From NCBI RefSeq assembly GCF_001194135.2, contig NC_068987.1:89119828-89166144 (forward strand): DNA of 46,317 bases, read 5' to 3'. The stretch comes from Octopus bimaculoides. Its lineage: Eukaryota. Every line of letters begins with the position of its first letter. Position 1 is the first letter of the stretch. The notes under the pieces are model-generated. The model searched no databases, had not been told where the DNA came from, and saw only the letters and a list, made by a program, of their open reading frames with translations. Positions 12,369 to 23,317 of this stretch are shown piece by piece. A program made the translations under genes and the position numbers.

Positions 12369-15009
12369 CACCCAGTCTTTGCTAAAAGTTAAAGGCAGCA
12401 CTGTATTAAGATCAATAAAGCATTTGGGGGAGGTGTGAGAATTCCATATGCTAGTTTTGCCACAAGGTTAGTCCAGCACTACACACACACACACACACAC
12501 ACGTTCGTGTGTTCTTGCCATTTTGGCAGGGTGTGTGTGTGTGTCATCCTGTTTGTTTCCATTCTCACAAACTCAGGATATGAATAGCTTTCTGTGAACT
12601 ATATACACTATGACACACACACACACACACAGATAGCTTTATTTATTGCTGTCGGTGTGTGTGATCCATACAACTTTTATCAGGTGTCAATAGGCCTTTG
12701 TTTAATTAACTATCATCCACCTAACCATAAAAATAGCATTTTACAAACCAAAATACTTTTTCTTCTTGTTTCTTTTATTGATTTGTTTTGCAGGACACTA
12801 GTCAGTAGTACACTGATTTCAACGTATTTGATCATTCAAGTGTTCAACCTAATTTGCTTGTTGGACACTGGTCAAGCAGAATTTACATTTTTTTTTAAAT
12901 CTTTTATCTTTTACTTGTTCCAGTCATTGAACTGCAGCCATGCTGGAGTACTGTCTTTTGTTATTTTTTTCAAAGTCTGGTACTCATTCTATCAATCTCT
13001 TTTGCTGAATCACTAAGTTATGGAGAGGTAAACAAACCAACACTAGTTGTCAAGACCCTAATATCTAAGCATTGTCCAAGCCTAATTAGGCTATCTATGA
13101 ATACCAAATTAAACCATCTCTACAGACTATGAATCTACAAATACTTTCCACTTTACAAGAATGAAGGACAGTCCAGAATAACAAGACTAAGATATAAGAA
13201 ATTCACAATTGAGCATAACATGTGTATTCCCATCATCAGCTGCCAAACAGATATCGCTATGGTTTCGACATATATATATGATGGGTTTCCTCAGTTTCCA
13301 TCTACCATATCACTCACAAGGCTATAGTGGACAAGGCCACTATAGTCAGTTCAAGGCTATAGTGGAAGACACTTTCCTAAGGTGGCACACAACAGTGGGA
13401 CTGAACCTGAAACCACATGATAGCAAAATGAAAATTGAGCTTCTTAACCATACAACGATGCCTGCATGACTTAGACAGAAGAGGAAATGCAGCATTCATG
13501 ACATTGTTCAAGGTATCAGAGAATGTTGAATGGAAGTTTCATGATAAATAAGTTATTGGAAAGCAATGAAACTGGTTGTTTCAACCATCATCTCAAGCTG
13601 TTGAAAACTTTCCCTAAGGACCTAATTTCACAACAACAGTTAAATGCATATGGATATGGGAACTTAATTGATTTATTCACAAACCAGTACTTCAGTAATT
13701 ATATACAGTTCATTTCTTGAGATAGTTTTCAGTTCACTTAGTTAAAATACAAGGTAGGCATTCCACTTTATTATTTGCTGGAACTTGGCATAAGGTTACA
13801 TACTAATTCATTCATAGACACACATGCACACACACACACACACACACACAAACAATGGTACAATCATTACACATTTTTATCTCTTATTGATTGTTCATAT
13901 TGTTAGTGACAAATAATAATAAACAATAGGTTTGAAGCAAATTCTCAGGTGGTGTGGAAAATGTTTCATCAAATTTCTTCTCTCTCTTTCTCTCTCTTCC
14001 CCCCTCTCTCTCTCTCTTTCTCTTTCTCCCCCCCCCTCTCTCTCTCACACACACACACACACATACATGCATGCACACACATCTGACTTATTTTTGCTCT
14101 AATTTTCTCCTTGATCCTCAGTTTCTATGAGAAAAAAGAAAGAAAACAAAACATTTCTTTATTGTATCAAAACCTTATTTAAATCACAAAAGCTGTTTAC
14201 AGGATCACCTTTGTGGGAAATCAAAATATGACTGAGCCAAGAAAAGCACATCTACGTGGTATGCATACTCTGAGAAATAGTAGCCAGATCTCCCTCAAAT
14301 CACTTCCCAGTGTCTTAAAAAATGGAACGATACATTTAATAATGCAGTCCCAGATTATACTATGTATGAAAACAAAGACAGAGGTTGTCACTGTTGGAGC
14401 ACCTTTGATCAAAGGCCCGCTTGATTAGGGGTGACCTGTGGCTAAAAATCACAACAATTAGAAACTTAGCATATGTAATGTGAAAGGCCCATAACAAAAT
14501 ACTCCAAGGCAGATTCTGCCCTTAATAATAGGAGAATATAGTCCATGTAACCAACCCAGTATTTCAACTTTTTTTTATTTGACCTCAAAAAGATCTTAAA
14601 CCCAGTACATAACTAAATATAATGTACTCTGTCAACTTCCGTCTTTACCAATAATAGCTGCTATATTGATTTCTAACTTTTATGTTATTATATTGATTTT
14701 TCCCAGCCTGTGATGATATTGATTTCTAACAGTAATACAAGACTATATATTTTAAGGGGAGAGCTTGCTCAATTAGACTCCAAGTAATTCATGGATATTT
14801 ATTTCATGAACCACAGACAAAGTTGACTCCCAATATAGGACAGGTTAAAAACCAAATTGACTTAATACCACAAACATTGAAGCTAATTCCACCCTTAATG
14901 ATACCTGTACTATTTCTTTCTAATACATAGGTGCAGGCATGGCTGTGTGGTAAGAAGCTTGCTTCCCAACCACATGGTTCTGGGTTCAGTCCCGGAACCA
15001 TGTGATTGG

Positions 15010-15072
<63 letters not shown>

Positions 15073-15312
15073 TACATATGATGGAATTCTTTCAGTCTCT
15101 GTTACCAAATCCACTCACAATGCTTTCATTGCACTGAGGCTTATAGTAGAAGATTAGAAGGAAGAGACACTGCTTGTATGATGGTGACACTCACTTACAG
15201 CAATCACACAGTGTCAAGGCAGGGAGACACTAACACACACACACACATGGACATGGACACACATTTATAAACATGTACGCACACACACACACGCACACGC
15301 ACACGCACACAC

Positions 15313-15349
<37 letters not shown>

Positions 15350-16621
15350 ATGGGGTTTTTTTTCAGTTTCCATCTAATAAACTCCACTTATAAGGCTTTG
15401 GCTGGCCAAGGACTATAGTAGAAAACATTTGCCCATTTTCAGTTGAGAGATGGATCGGTCTGGTTATGGAGACTGAACTTGAAACCATGTAGCTGGGAAA
15501 GAAACTTCTTACCACACTGCTATGCCAGCCTCAATTCCTCAAAACTGTTCTGATTTTAAATTCTACAAGACTTGATTATGCCAGTTATATTCCTGGAGCT
15601 GATAAGTAACAGCAATATACTGAAAATTCAATGGACTAACTTCTCCTTCCTCTGTAAATTTATAGCCTAGTGCCAATTTGAGCCATTGTGAGAGCCTCTG
15701 CATGGTTGCTGACCTGCTAGAAATATCAGCCAAGTCTCTCAAACCACACTGAACTGTCTTATATAAAGAGATAATCTATAATACATTAAAAGTGAAGTTC
15801 AATCTTACTTGCAATGTTACACAGCCAAACTGGTGCATAATGGGAAAAATACTTTGAAAGTTAAGTGCCCCTGAAATGTGAATACGAATGGAATAAAACA
15901 AGGTTGAAATAAATAGGACAAGCAGTTATTGAGATATTCAAGGGTTTTAGGGTATAGATACCCAAAATGATGCAAAATGGGAAAATACTCCGAAAATAAC
16001 TTAACACTGAAAGGGAAGAAACTCTAACCTTTCCATTAGACACATTATGATTTGCAAAATATTTGTAAATGAAAATGACTTCAAAAATACAGTAAATATT
16101 TCGTAAAAGACCCATTTCTAACCTTGGTGTGAAATAGTTTTTTTCTCCATAGGTTTCTTTCGACTGCATTCAACATATCTCACCTCTGAAAGATTTGGCT
16201 GTTATTTCTAGCATGCCCTACCACCACGTAACAGCTATTTGGGATAAAGGACCTGTTACATAGTAGCAGGGCATGCAAGAAATAGCAGCTAAATCTTTCC
16301 TTTACTGGGGAAAGGAGCCGTTTGTGTGTGATTTCGATATCACATTCATTGAAAGCATGCAAAATAACATGGAAGATTAAAAAAAAACCACAAAACAAAA
16401 CTCCATTGCTGGAAATCTCAGACTTCATGGGTAGTCTAGTAACACATCAAATATTGTAATCTGGAGTACACTGTATCTAGCAAAAAGAAGTCCTGTTTAC
16501 TGTTGATCTATCAAATCCTTTCTACCCTATGTATCTGGTCCTAATATTCCACCGGTTTTATGTTCAAAGTGGCTAGATCTAGTCTCTCATGCCTACCTTA
16601 CAATATCCTTCTAAAAATAAA

Positions 16622-16798
16622 AGGCACTGGTACTGGTGCCACATAAAAAGCACCCAGTCCACTCTGTACAGTGGTTGGCACCAGGAAGGGCATCCAGCTG
16701 TAAGAAACCAAGCTAGAACAAACTGTGGAACCTAGTGTGACTCCTAACCTTGCCAGCGTAGAAAGCAGACATTAAATGATGATGATGATGATGATGAT

Positions 16799-16833
<35 letters not shown>

Positions 16834-16845
16834 TGATGATGATGA
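16622..16845 (+). mobile_element. SINE-like family C copy with a (TGA/CGA)n tail
   Basis: Contains GGAAGGGCATCCAGCTGTA...CATTAAATGATGATG, shared with about 10 other copies. Confidence 0.8.
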
Positions 16846-16929
16846 CACCATCAAAATTTTGAATTTATGAGATAATACATGATTACATTATTTACATTTG
16901 ACGGATATTTGTCCTCATCTTGTTTGTTG

Positions 16930-16978
16930 TTAACACGTTTCGGCTGATATACATACCTTTCAGCCTTCATCAGGTGTC
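16930..16978 (-). ncRNA. Minimal type I hammerhead ribozyme motif, cleavage site apparently deleted
   Basis: GACAC-CTGATGA-A-GGCTGA(AAGGTATGTATA)TCAGCC-GAAAC-GT-GTTAAC. The core and 6-bp stem II are intact, but it is 3 nt shorter after GAAACGT than the other arm. Confidence 0.55.
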
Positions 16979-17205
16979 TTGGGGAAATTTCGAACCTCGG
17001 TTCTCATTCCTAAGGTATTTTTCAATGCTATTATTATTATTATTATTATTATTATTGTTCAGGTCATTGCCTGGAATTGAACTCGGAATCTTGGGATTAG
17101 TAGCCCTTGCTGTTAACCACTACGCCATACAATAATAATAATAATAATAATAATAGCATTGAAACATACCTTAGGAATGAGAACCCAGGTTCAAAATTTC
17201 CCCAA

Positions 17206-17251
17206 GACACCTGATGAATGCTAGAGGGTATATCAGCCGAAACGTTGTGTT
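17206..17251 (+). ncRNA. Minimal type I hammerhead ribozyme motif, weakened stem II
   Basis: GACAC-CTGATGA-ATGCTAGAGGGTATATCAGCC-GAAAC-GT-T-GTGTT. Stem I is GACAC/GTGTT, stem III is the palindrome ACGT, and the triplet is GUU. Confidence 0.55.
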
Positions 17252-17619
17252 AACAAGAAACAAGATGAGGACAAATATCCATCAGTTGTAAATAATGTAC
17301 ATAATTTCTCAACTCTTAATATAGAACTGTATGTAATACATGATTAATTCAAAACAATGTGAATAAATAAGCATTACATTTGAAAGCCAAAGGTTTAAAC
17401 AACAGCAAGTGAAGTTTCTTCTCTCCATCTGGATTATAAAGTCTTAATATAAAAGGAGCAGTAAAAAAAGAAAATCTTTTAGCGACAAAAGCATTATACA
17501 TTTAAAGAGAAACATTAACGTATCTCTTATAAGGAATCAATACATCTTGTTAATTCGGAGGAGTAAGGGGTGCACTAACCCTGACCTTTACAGTACTTTC
17601 CAAGACTAGAAAGATTGTT

Positions 17620-17990
17620 GCTGTTGGTGTTTAGCTGGAGATTTATAGGTCAATGTTTGTGGGAAAAGCATGAGTGGGGAAGGAATTCTAGAAGTTCTTA
17701 TAACCTTGGAGAGTGAAAATCTGGATAAAGTGCTCTTGACATGTTGGGAAAGTGAGATGATTGGGTAGGCGACAGTAGGAGCAGGAGAGACGAGTAAGTA
17801 TGCCTTGATAGAGTGATTATGCAGTCAGTTTGTTTGGAAGTACAGGTATTATTTTAGGAGCAATAGTAGAGGTAAGGGAGCCAGTGTTTATAGTATGTTG
17901 AGGAGTGAATGATCTGTTGCCAATCAGTAGACTGTTACCATCCCATACTTGAGCAGAAATCTAATATGCATCTTGAGACTTGTAGATTAA
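17620..17990 (-). mobile_element. Possible decayed CR1/L2/Jockey-type LINE 3' coding end
   Basis: The minus strand reads *NSFPTHAFPTNIDL*, resembling the WNSLP..VFP...DL..FK C-terminal motif. It has several stops and weak support. Confidence 0.3.
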
Positions 17991-18479
17991 TAATTAGAAA
18001 GATATCTTGCCATGAAGCTCCAATGTTATCATAATTATTTCCAGAAATGAATTATAATTATGGTAAGTAATATAGTTGCAATGTTCAAATATGCTTGAGG
18101 CACTGGGTTTAAACTAGGGAACAAGCCATTCACTGTGTTTTGTCATGGAGAAAATTTCTCACTGTAAACAAATGGTGTGGATACACCGAGATCAGTTCGC
18201 AGCGCCACCTACCTAGACTGTGAGATGCCAGCATTTTGGAGTGGTTGTCTCCTCTTCAGTTGCAGACACCAAGCAGGTGACACTGCAAACTACGATGACT
18301 GATAGTGCTATGTGGTGGCTCGCCATAAGTAAATTACAGAATGGGAGCATTAAGAAGTGACATGTTTAAATGCAATGTTGTTCCCTGGTTTGAACATGCC
18401 TCAAGCATTTTTGAACGGGTGATAACATTGCATTTATATGTATCACTGCTTAGCACTCCCACTCCATAAAGTAATGTAG

Positions 18480-18940
18480 TTGTGAAATGGCTGAGTGGTT
18501 AGGGTACTGCACTACCTACTTGTAGTTCACAAGTTCAAGCTCTGTTTTGATATTTAGTTTATCATGGTTGTGCTTAACAAGCTCACTTTGTAACCATGTG
18601 GTTTTAGGATCAATCCCACCACAGCATGGCACCTTGGGATATTGTCTTTTGCTATAGCCCCAGGATGATCAATGCCTTGTGAGTGAATTTGGTAGCTGAA
18701 AACTATGAGGAAGCCCATCACACACACTGTGTGTGTGTGTGCCTGTGTTTGTTCCCACCCAATATTCCTGCCTGATAACTCCTGTTGACTTGTTTACGTC
18801 CCTGAAACTTAACAATTTGCAAAGATGGCAAATGGAATGGGTATCAGATTTTAAAAAATGAGTACTAGGTTCAACCTAAAACCCCCTCAAGGTTGTGCTC
18901 CAGCATGGCTACAGTCCATTGACTGAAACAGAAGGTAAAA
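18480..18940 (+). mobile_element. SINE family B, divergent copy
   Basis: CORE-like GGCACCTTGGG and 3' GTGCTCCAGCATGGCTACAGTCC...ACTGAAAC. Confidence 0.75.
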
Positions 18941-19734
18941 GGTATATTAAGTATTGAATTAAGGAAATTACATTTACTTTATCATTTCAAGCAGCTGGAA
19001 TAAAGATATATACATTTGATGAGTTTTTTTTTTTTCAATATTGATTTCTACAAGAAATGTTTTGGTAAAAATACAAATGGAAACATACCTCTACTGAAGA
19101 ACAATTGATAACTGGTAATGAGCTATGAATAATCAATTAAAAGGTTACATTTTAGTAAACTCTCAATCAAACTGTCTAACCCATGCCAGCATGGAAAACA
19201 GACATTAAACGATGATGATGATGATCAGAAAGTGAAAAAATAGTACAAGATATTACAATGGATGCTTTTATTGTAAAAGTAATTATTCGATGATTCTGGT
19301 ATGAAGGAAATATATTTGGAAGTATTACATAATCGACAGGAGTTCAATACCTTTGATTTATAACTTCAAATAGCAACATAAAATCAATAGAGATCAAACA
19401 TCCATGCTTCTGTTGAAACTTTAGATTTCCACATTGCTAGAAATTCTATGAGCAAAAAATAATTCAAACAAAAATCTGTGATGAGTATCAAAAATCTAAT
19501 TAGAAATAATTGTATGGTGAAGAGAAGGCAATAGTAGCTCAGTGACTAATGTTATTTTAATAATCTTGGTAAGTGTTGGAGATAAGTCAGAATATATTTC
19601 AGTCACAGATCTCCTTAGCTAAGCATAGATTTTACTGTAATGATAAGAAAATCACAAAGTTGATGTTAGATATTGTACACATGTAGACAAAAAAGTGTAT
19701 TTAAAAAAATTACCATATTTACTCAAATTGAAAG

Positions 19735-20162
19735 CACTGGTGCTGGTGCCACATAAAAACACCCAGTACTCTCTAAAATAGTTGCTGTTAGGAAGAGTAT
19801 CCAGCTGTAGAAACCTTATCAAGACAGGCAATGGAAGCTGGTATGCCTTTTGGCCTTGCCAGCTCTTGTCAAACATCCAACCCATGCCAGCATGGAAAAC
19901 AGACATTAAATGAAAACAGTGATGATGATGTATAAGTCAAACCTCTAATTTTGCATTCGTGATCAATGCCAGGCCTGCCTGACTGGCTCCTGTGCTGGTG
20001 GCATGTAAAAAGCACCCACTACACTCTCGGAGTGGCTGGCATTAGGAAGGGCATCCAGCTGTAGAAACATTACCAGATCAGATTGGAACCTGGTGCAGGC
20101 TTGCCAGTCCTCAGTCAAACCGTCCAACCCATGCCAGCAATGAAAACGGACCTTAAACGATG
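19735..20162 (+). mobile_element. Two tandem family C copies
   Basis: Two CATCCAGCTGTAGAAAC...CCCATGCCAGCA...TTAAA(T/C)GA units at 19735-19935 and 19960-20162. Confidence 0.8.
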
Positions 20163-20805
20163 AATATTATTTGTGGTGAAAGTAGCCACGCCTTACAAAT
20201 ATTGGCAATCTTAATAAAAAGATGGTATTTGTACATTCCTGAATCAGCTAAAGATTATCCCTATAAGTTACTTGTACCTTTAATTGATATAATTATAACA
20301 TTTCTACGATATGATTTTTTTTTTTTTCTGTATTCATTCTATATCAGATTTTAAGTCATAATCTATCTGACATCTTAATCTCATATATTAGATTGAAACA
20401 TTAGGTAATAATTAATTAATAATGTAACTATATAGAGTTACTGGAGTCTCTAATTTTTAGGTTATAGTTCTGAATATGAAATCCAATCGTAAACAGGTTG
20501 CTTTGCACCCGTTTAGAACTAATTAAATAAATAGCAGAAATATACTGTAATAATTGTCAGATGCTAGACATGTCTGATGTTGTCTTAATTACAGTTAAGA
20601 AGGAAATCTCTCTACTCTCAACTAAATACTACTAAACTGATTCTATAAAGTAATGTATCATTTCTTTCATATATTTTTTGACACCACAGCCAACTCTTCA
20701 ATGAGAATTATGATAGAAAAACTGCAAGCTTTTTACAAAGATATACCATTTTTCTGTCATAATTCTCGTTTGCAGTTTTGACAAGGGTATTATTCATCAT
20801 CATCA

Positions 20806-21225
20806 TCATCATCATCATAGTTTAACATCCGGTTTCCACGCTAGCATGGGTTGGACGATTTGACTGAGGACTGCTGAACCAGATGGCTACACCAGGCTCC
20901 AATCTGATCTGGCAGAGTTTCTACAGCTGGATGCCCTTCTTAACGCCAACCACTCTGAGAGTGTAGTGGGTGTTTTTACGTGCCACCGGCACGAGGGCAA
21001 GTTTGGCAGTACTGGCAACGGCTATGCTCAAACGGTGTTTTTTATGTGCCACCTGCACAGGAGTTAGTCCAGCGGCACTGGCAACGACCTCACTCGAATG
21101 TTTTGTTCACGTGCCACCGGCACAAGTGCCAGTAAGGTGATGCTGGTAACGATCACACTCAAATGGTACATTTTATGTGCCACCGGCACAGAAGCTAGAT
21201 AGCTGCTCTGGCAGTGATCCCGCTC
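20806..21225 (-). mobile_element. Family C copy, longest in the window, with four ~66-bp tandem modules
   Basis: (CAT)n tail at the left end; GTGCCACC(G/T)GCAC at 20980, 21046, 21111 and 21177. Confidence 0.85.
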
Positions 21226-21443
21226 TATTAGCATTGGTGAATAAATAGCATTGTTGATTACAGGTTTACTGTATTTCTGATTGAAAGAGTTACAAGTCTC
21301 ATAACTCTGTGCAGAACAAATATCACCAAGGATATCATTAAAAAAAAACACACCAGTTTTTCAATTTCCTTACCAATGTTTACATTAAGAATATATTTGG
21401 TACATGGAAGCTGAAAGAAGCCTGTCACATGTATATATATATA

Positions 21444-21725
21444 TCTTTTGTCATTTATTTGTAACAGTCATTAGACTGTGGCCATGCTGAGACACCACCT
21501 TGAAGAATTTTAGTCAAATGAATCAACCCCAGTACTTATTTTTTTAAAACCTGGAGCTCATTCTATGAGTCTCTTTTGCTGAACTGCTAAGTTACAGGGA
21601 TGTAAACACACCAACATCAGTTGTCAAGTAGTTGTGGGAGACAAACACAGGCACAAAGATGCACACACATAGACATATATACATACGACAGGCTTCTTTC
21701 AATTTTCTGTCTACCAAATTCATTC
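21444..21725 (-). mobile_element. SINE family B, 3' portion
   Basis: Reverse-complement match to the 8341-8729 3' half. Confidence 0.75.
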
Positions 21726-21925
21726 ATATATATATATATTTATTATTTTATTATGGCTGGGTTCCAACTCAGGCCACAGCAGCAAAGCCCACCTCTCACA
21801 CTTCTCCATCCAACATCACTATCTAAAGGCCCTGGGTACATTCAAGGCCAGCATCCGCAATCAAGTGGTCAATGTAAGTGTGACAATGTTTTCCTCTTCT
21901 TACATCACCATGAAGTGGGCTCCAC

Positions 21926-21961
<36 letters not shown>

Positions 21962-22651
21962 CATGCACATATATATGTATACACACACACGTGTGTGTGT
22001 GTGTCTGTGTGACAGGCTTCTACACAGTTTCTGCCTACTAAAGTCTCTTCACAATACATTGGTGAATTCAAGGTTCTATCTAGAAGATATCCCAAGGTGC
22101 TATGCAATAGGAAATCTCTAGCAACACCTCCAATGTTTCCAGTGCTTTTAACAGTTGTACAAGGGTGAAACTGTCTTTCTATGACCTAAAAGTTAATAGC
22201 AGAGAAAGGTGGGGAGAGAGAGAAAGAGAGATGAGCATACAAGCAACAGAGACAGAGAGTTGTTCCAAATCTGAGTCAATTTTTATAGAAATTTAGCTAT
22301 GTCCGTCCCTAAATTTCTTACTCCAACAAACTTTCTTACAAAATCCCTTCATGCAGAGACAATCTGAAGGTATCAATGATGTATTGGTAATGGTGGCTTC
22401 TTTCAGGTGTTCTTGTAATATAAACCTTGTGCATATTAATTAATAACGAATTAGTTGAATTATCTGCCTGTTTAATTAGATAAATGAAATAACTTTAACA
22501 AGGAACTACAGTTCAAATCACTTTCTCGTTATAAAAGTAACATTATATAATTAAGAGACTGTCTTAAATATGTCATTTGATGATGGATGTCAGTAAAAGA
22601 TGTTCAGAAAATCAAAGAATTGGTGCATTCAAACAGAAATGTTAATATGAT

Positions 22652-23035
22652 GCAGGCACGATTAAGGGGCTCTCTTTGTAACTATATGGTTTCAGGTTCT
22701 GTCCCACTGCGCAGTACCTTGGATATGCATCTTCTACTATAACCCTAGGTCAACCAATGCCTTGTGAATGAATTTGGTAGATGGAGACTGTGTGGAAGCC
22801 TGTTGTGTTTATGTGTGTGTGCGCGCACGCGTGTGTGTCTGTATCTGTTTGTTCCCCTCTACCACCACTTGATAAGTGGTGTTGGTTTGTTTACGTCCCT
22901 TCACCTTAGCAGTTGAGCAAAAGAACACATTTAAGGAGGATGATAAGTGAGGTTGATTTGTTGAGCTAAACCCTTGAAGGTAGTACCCCAGCATGGCCAC
23001 AGTCTAATGATTGAAGCAAGTAAAAGAAGATAGAA
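22652..23035 (+). mobile_element. SINE family B copy
   Basis: GGTTCTGTCCCACTGCGCAGTACCTTGG...CCAGCATGGCCACAGTC...AAAAGA. Confidence 0.8.
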
Positions 23036-23271
23036 GAAAATGGTATTTGTTCTGACTAAGATTCATGAGCATTCTTTGCCATTCTGGCCATTTACAATGC
23101 AGGGAACTAGGTAACAACTGACCTTCTTGAAGCCTTGAGGTTATTATTGGACACAAAATTTAAAATAAGATGAACGCCTAAAGTACTTTGGGAAAAGGAT
23201 GGCAACTTTTTGAAATGACCTAAAGATAAATAACTTTTGCAATCACTATGATTGGTTGTAAAAACCCTCAA

Positions 23272-23317
<46 letters not shown>

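Larger units (their letters stand above)
16886..17333 (-). mobile_element. tRNA-headed retroelement with inverted hammerhead-bearing (Penelope-type) arms and a 13-bp target site duplication
   Basis: Arms 16886-17056 and 17131-17299 are inverted copies. The spacer 17057-17130 is a tRNA-like head on the minus strand (A-box TGGCGTAGTGG, B-box GTTCAATTC). TAATACATGATTA is repeated directly at 16873-16885 and 17334-17346. Confidence 0.8.
16511..17398. mobile_element. piggyBac-type MITE copy carrying two nested insertions
   Basis: Segments 16511-16621, 16845-16885 and 17334-17398 are collinear with 12154-12368 once the family C SINE and the hammerhead element are removed. Confidence 0.65.

Noticed and set aside
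17057-17130. Genuine tRNA gene
   Set aside because: A and B boxes and a Ser(GCT)-like anticodon arm are present, but there is no acceptor stem or complete cloverleaf and it is embedded in a TSD-flanked element.
20980-21200. CRISPR-like array (13-bp palindromic repeat at a ~66-bp period)
   Set aside because: The 'spacers' are homologous to each other, the unit is part of a dispersed retroelement, the context is eukaryotic, and no cas genes are present.
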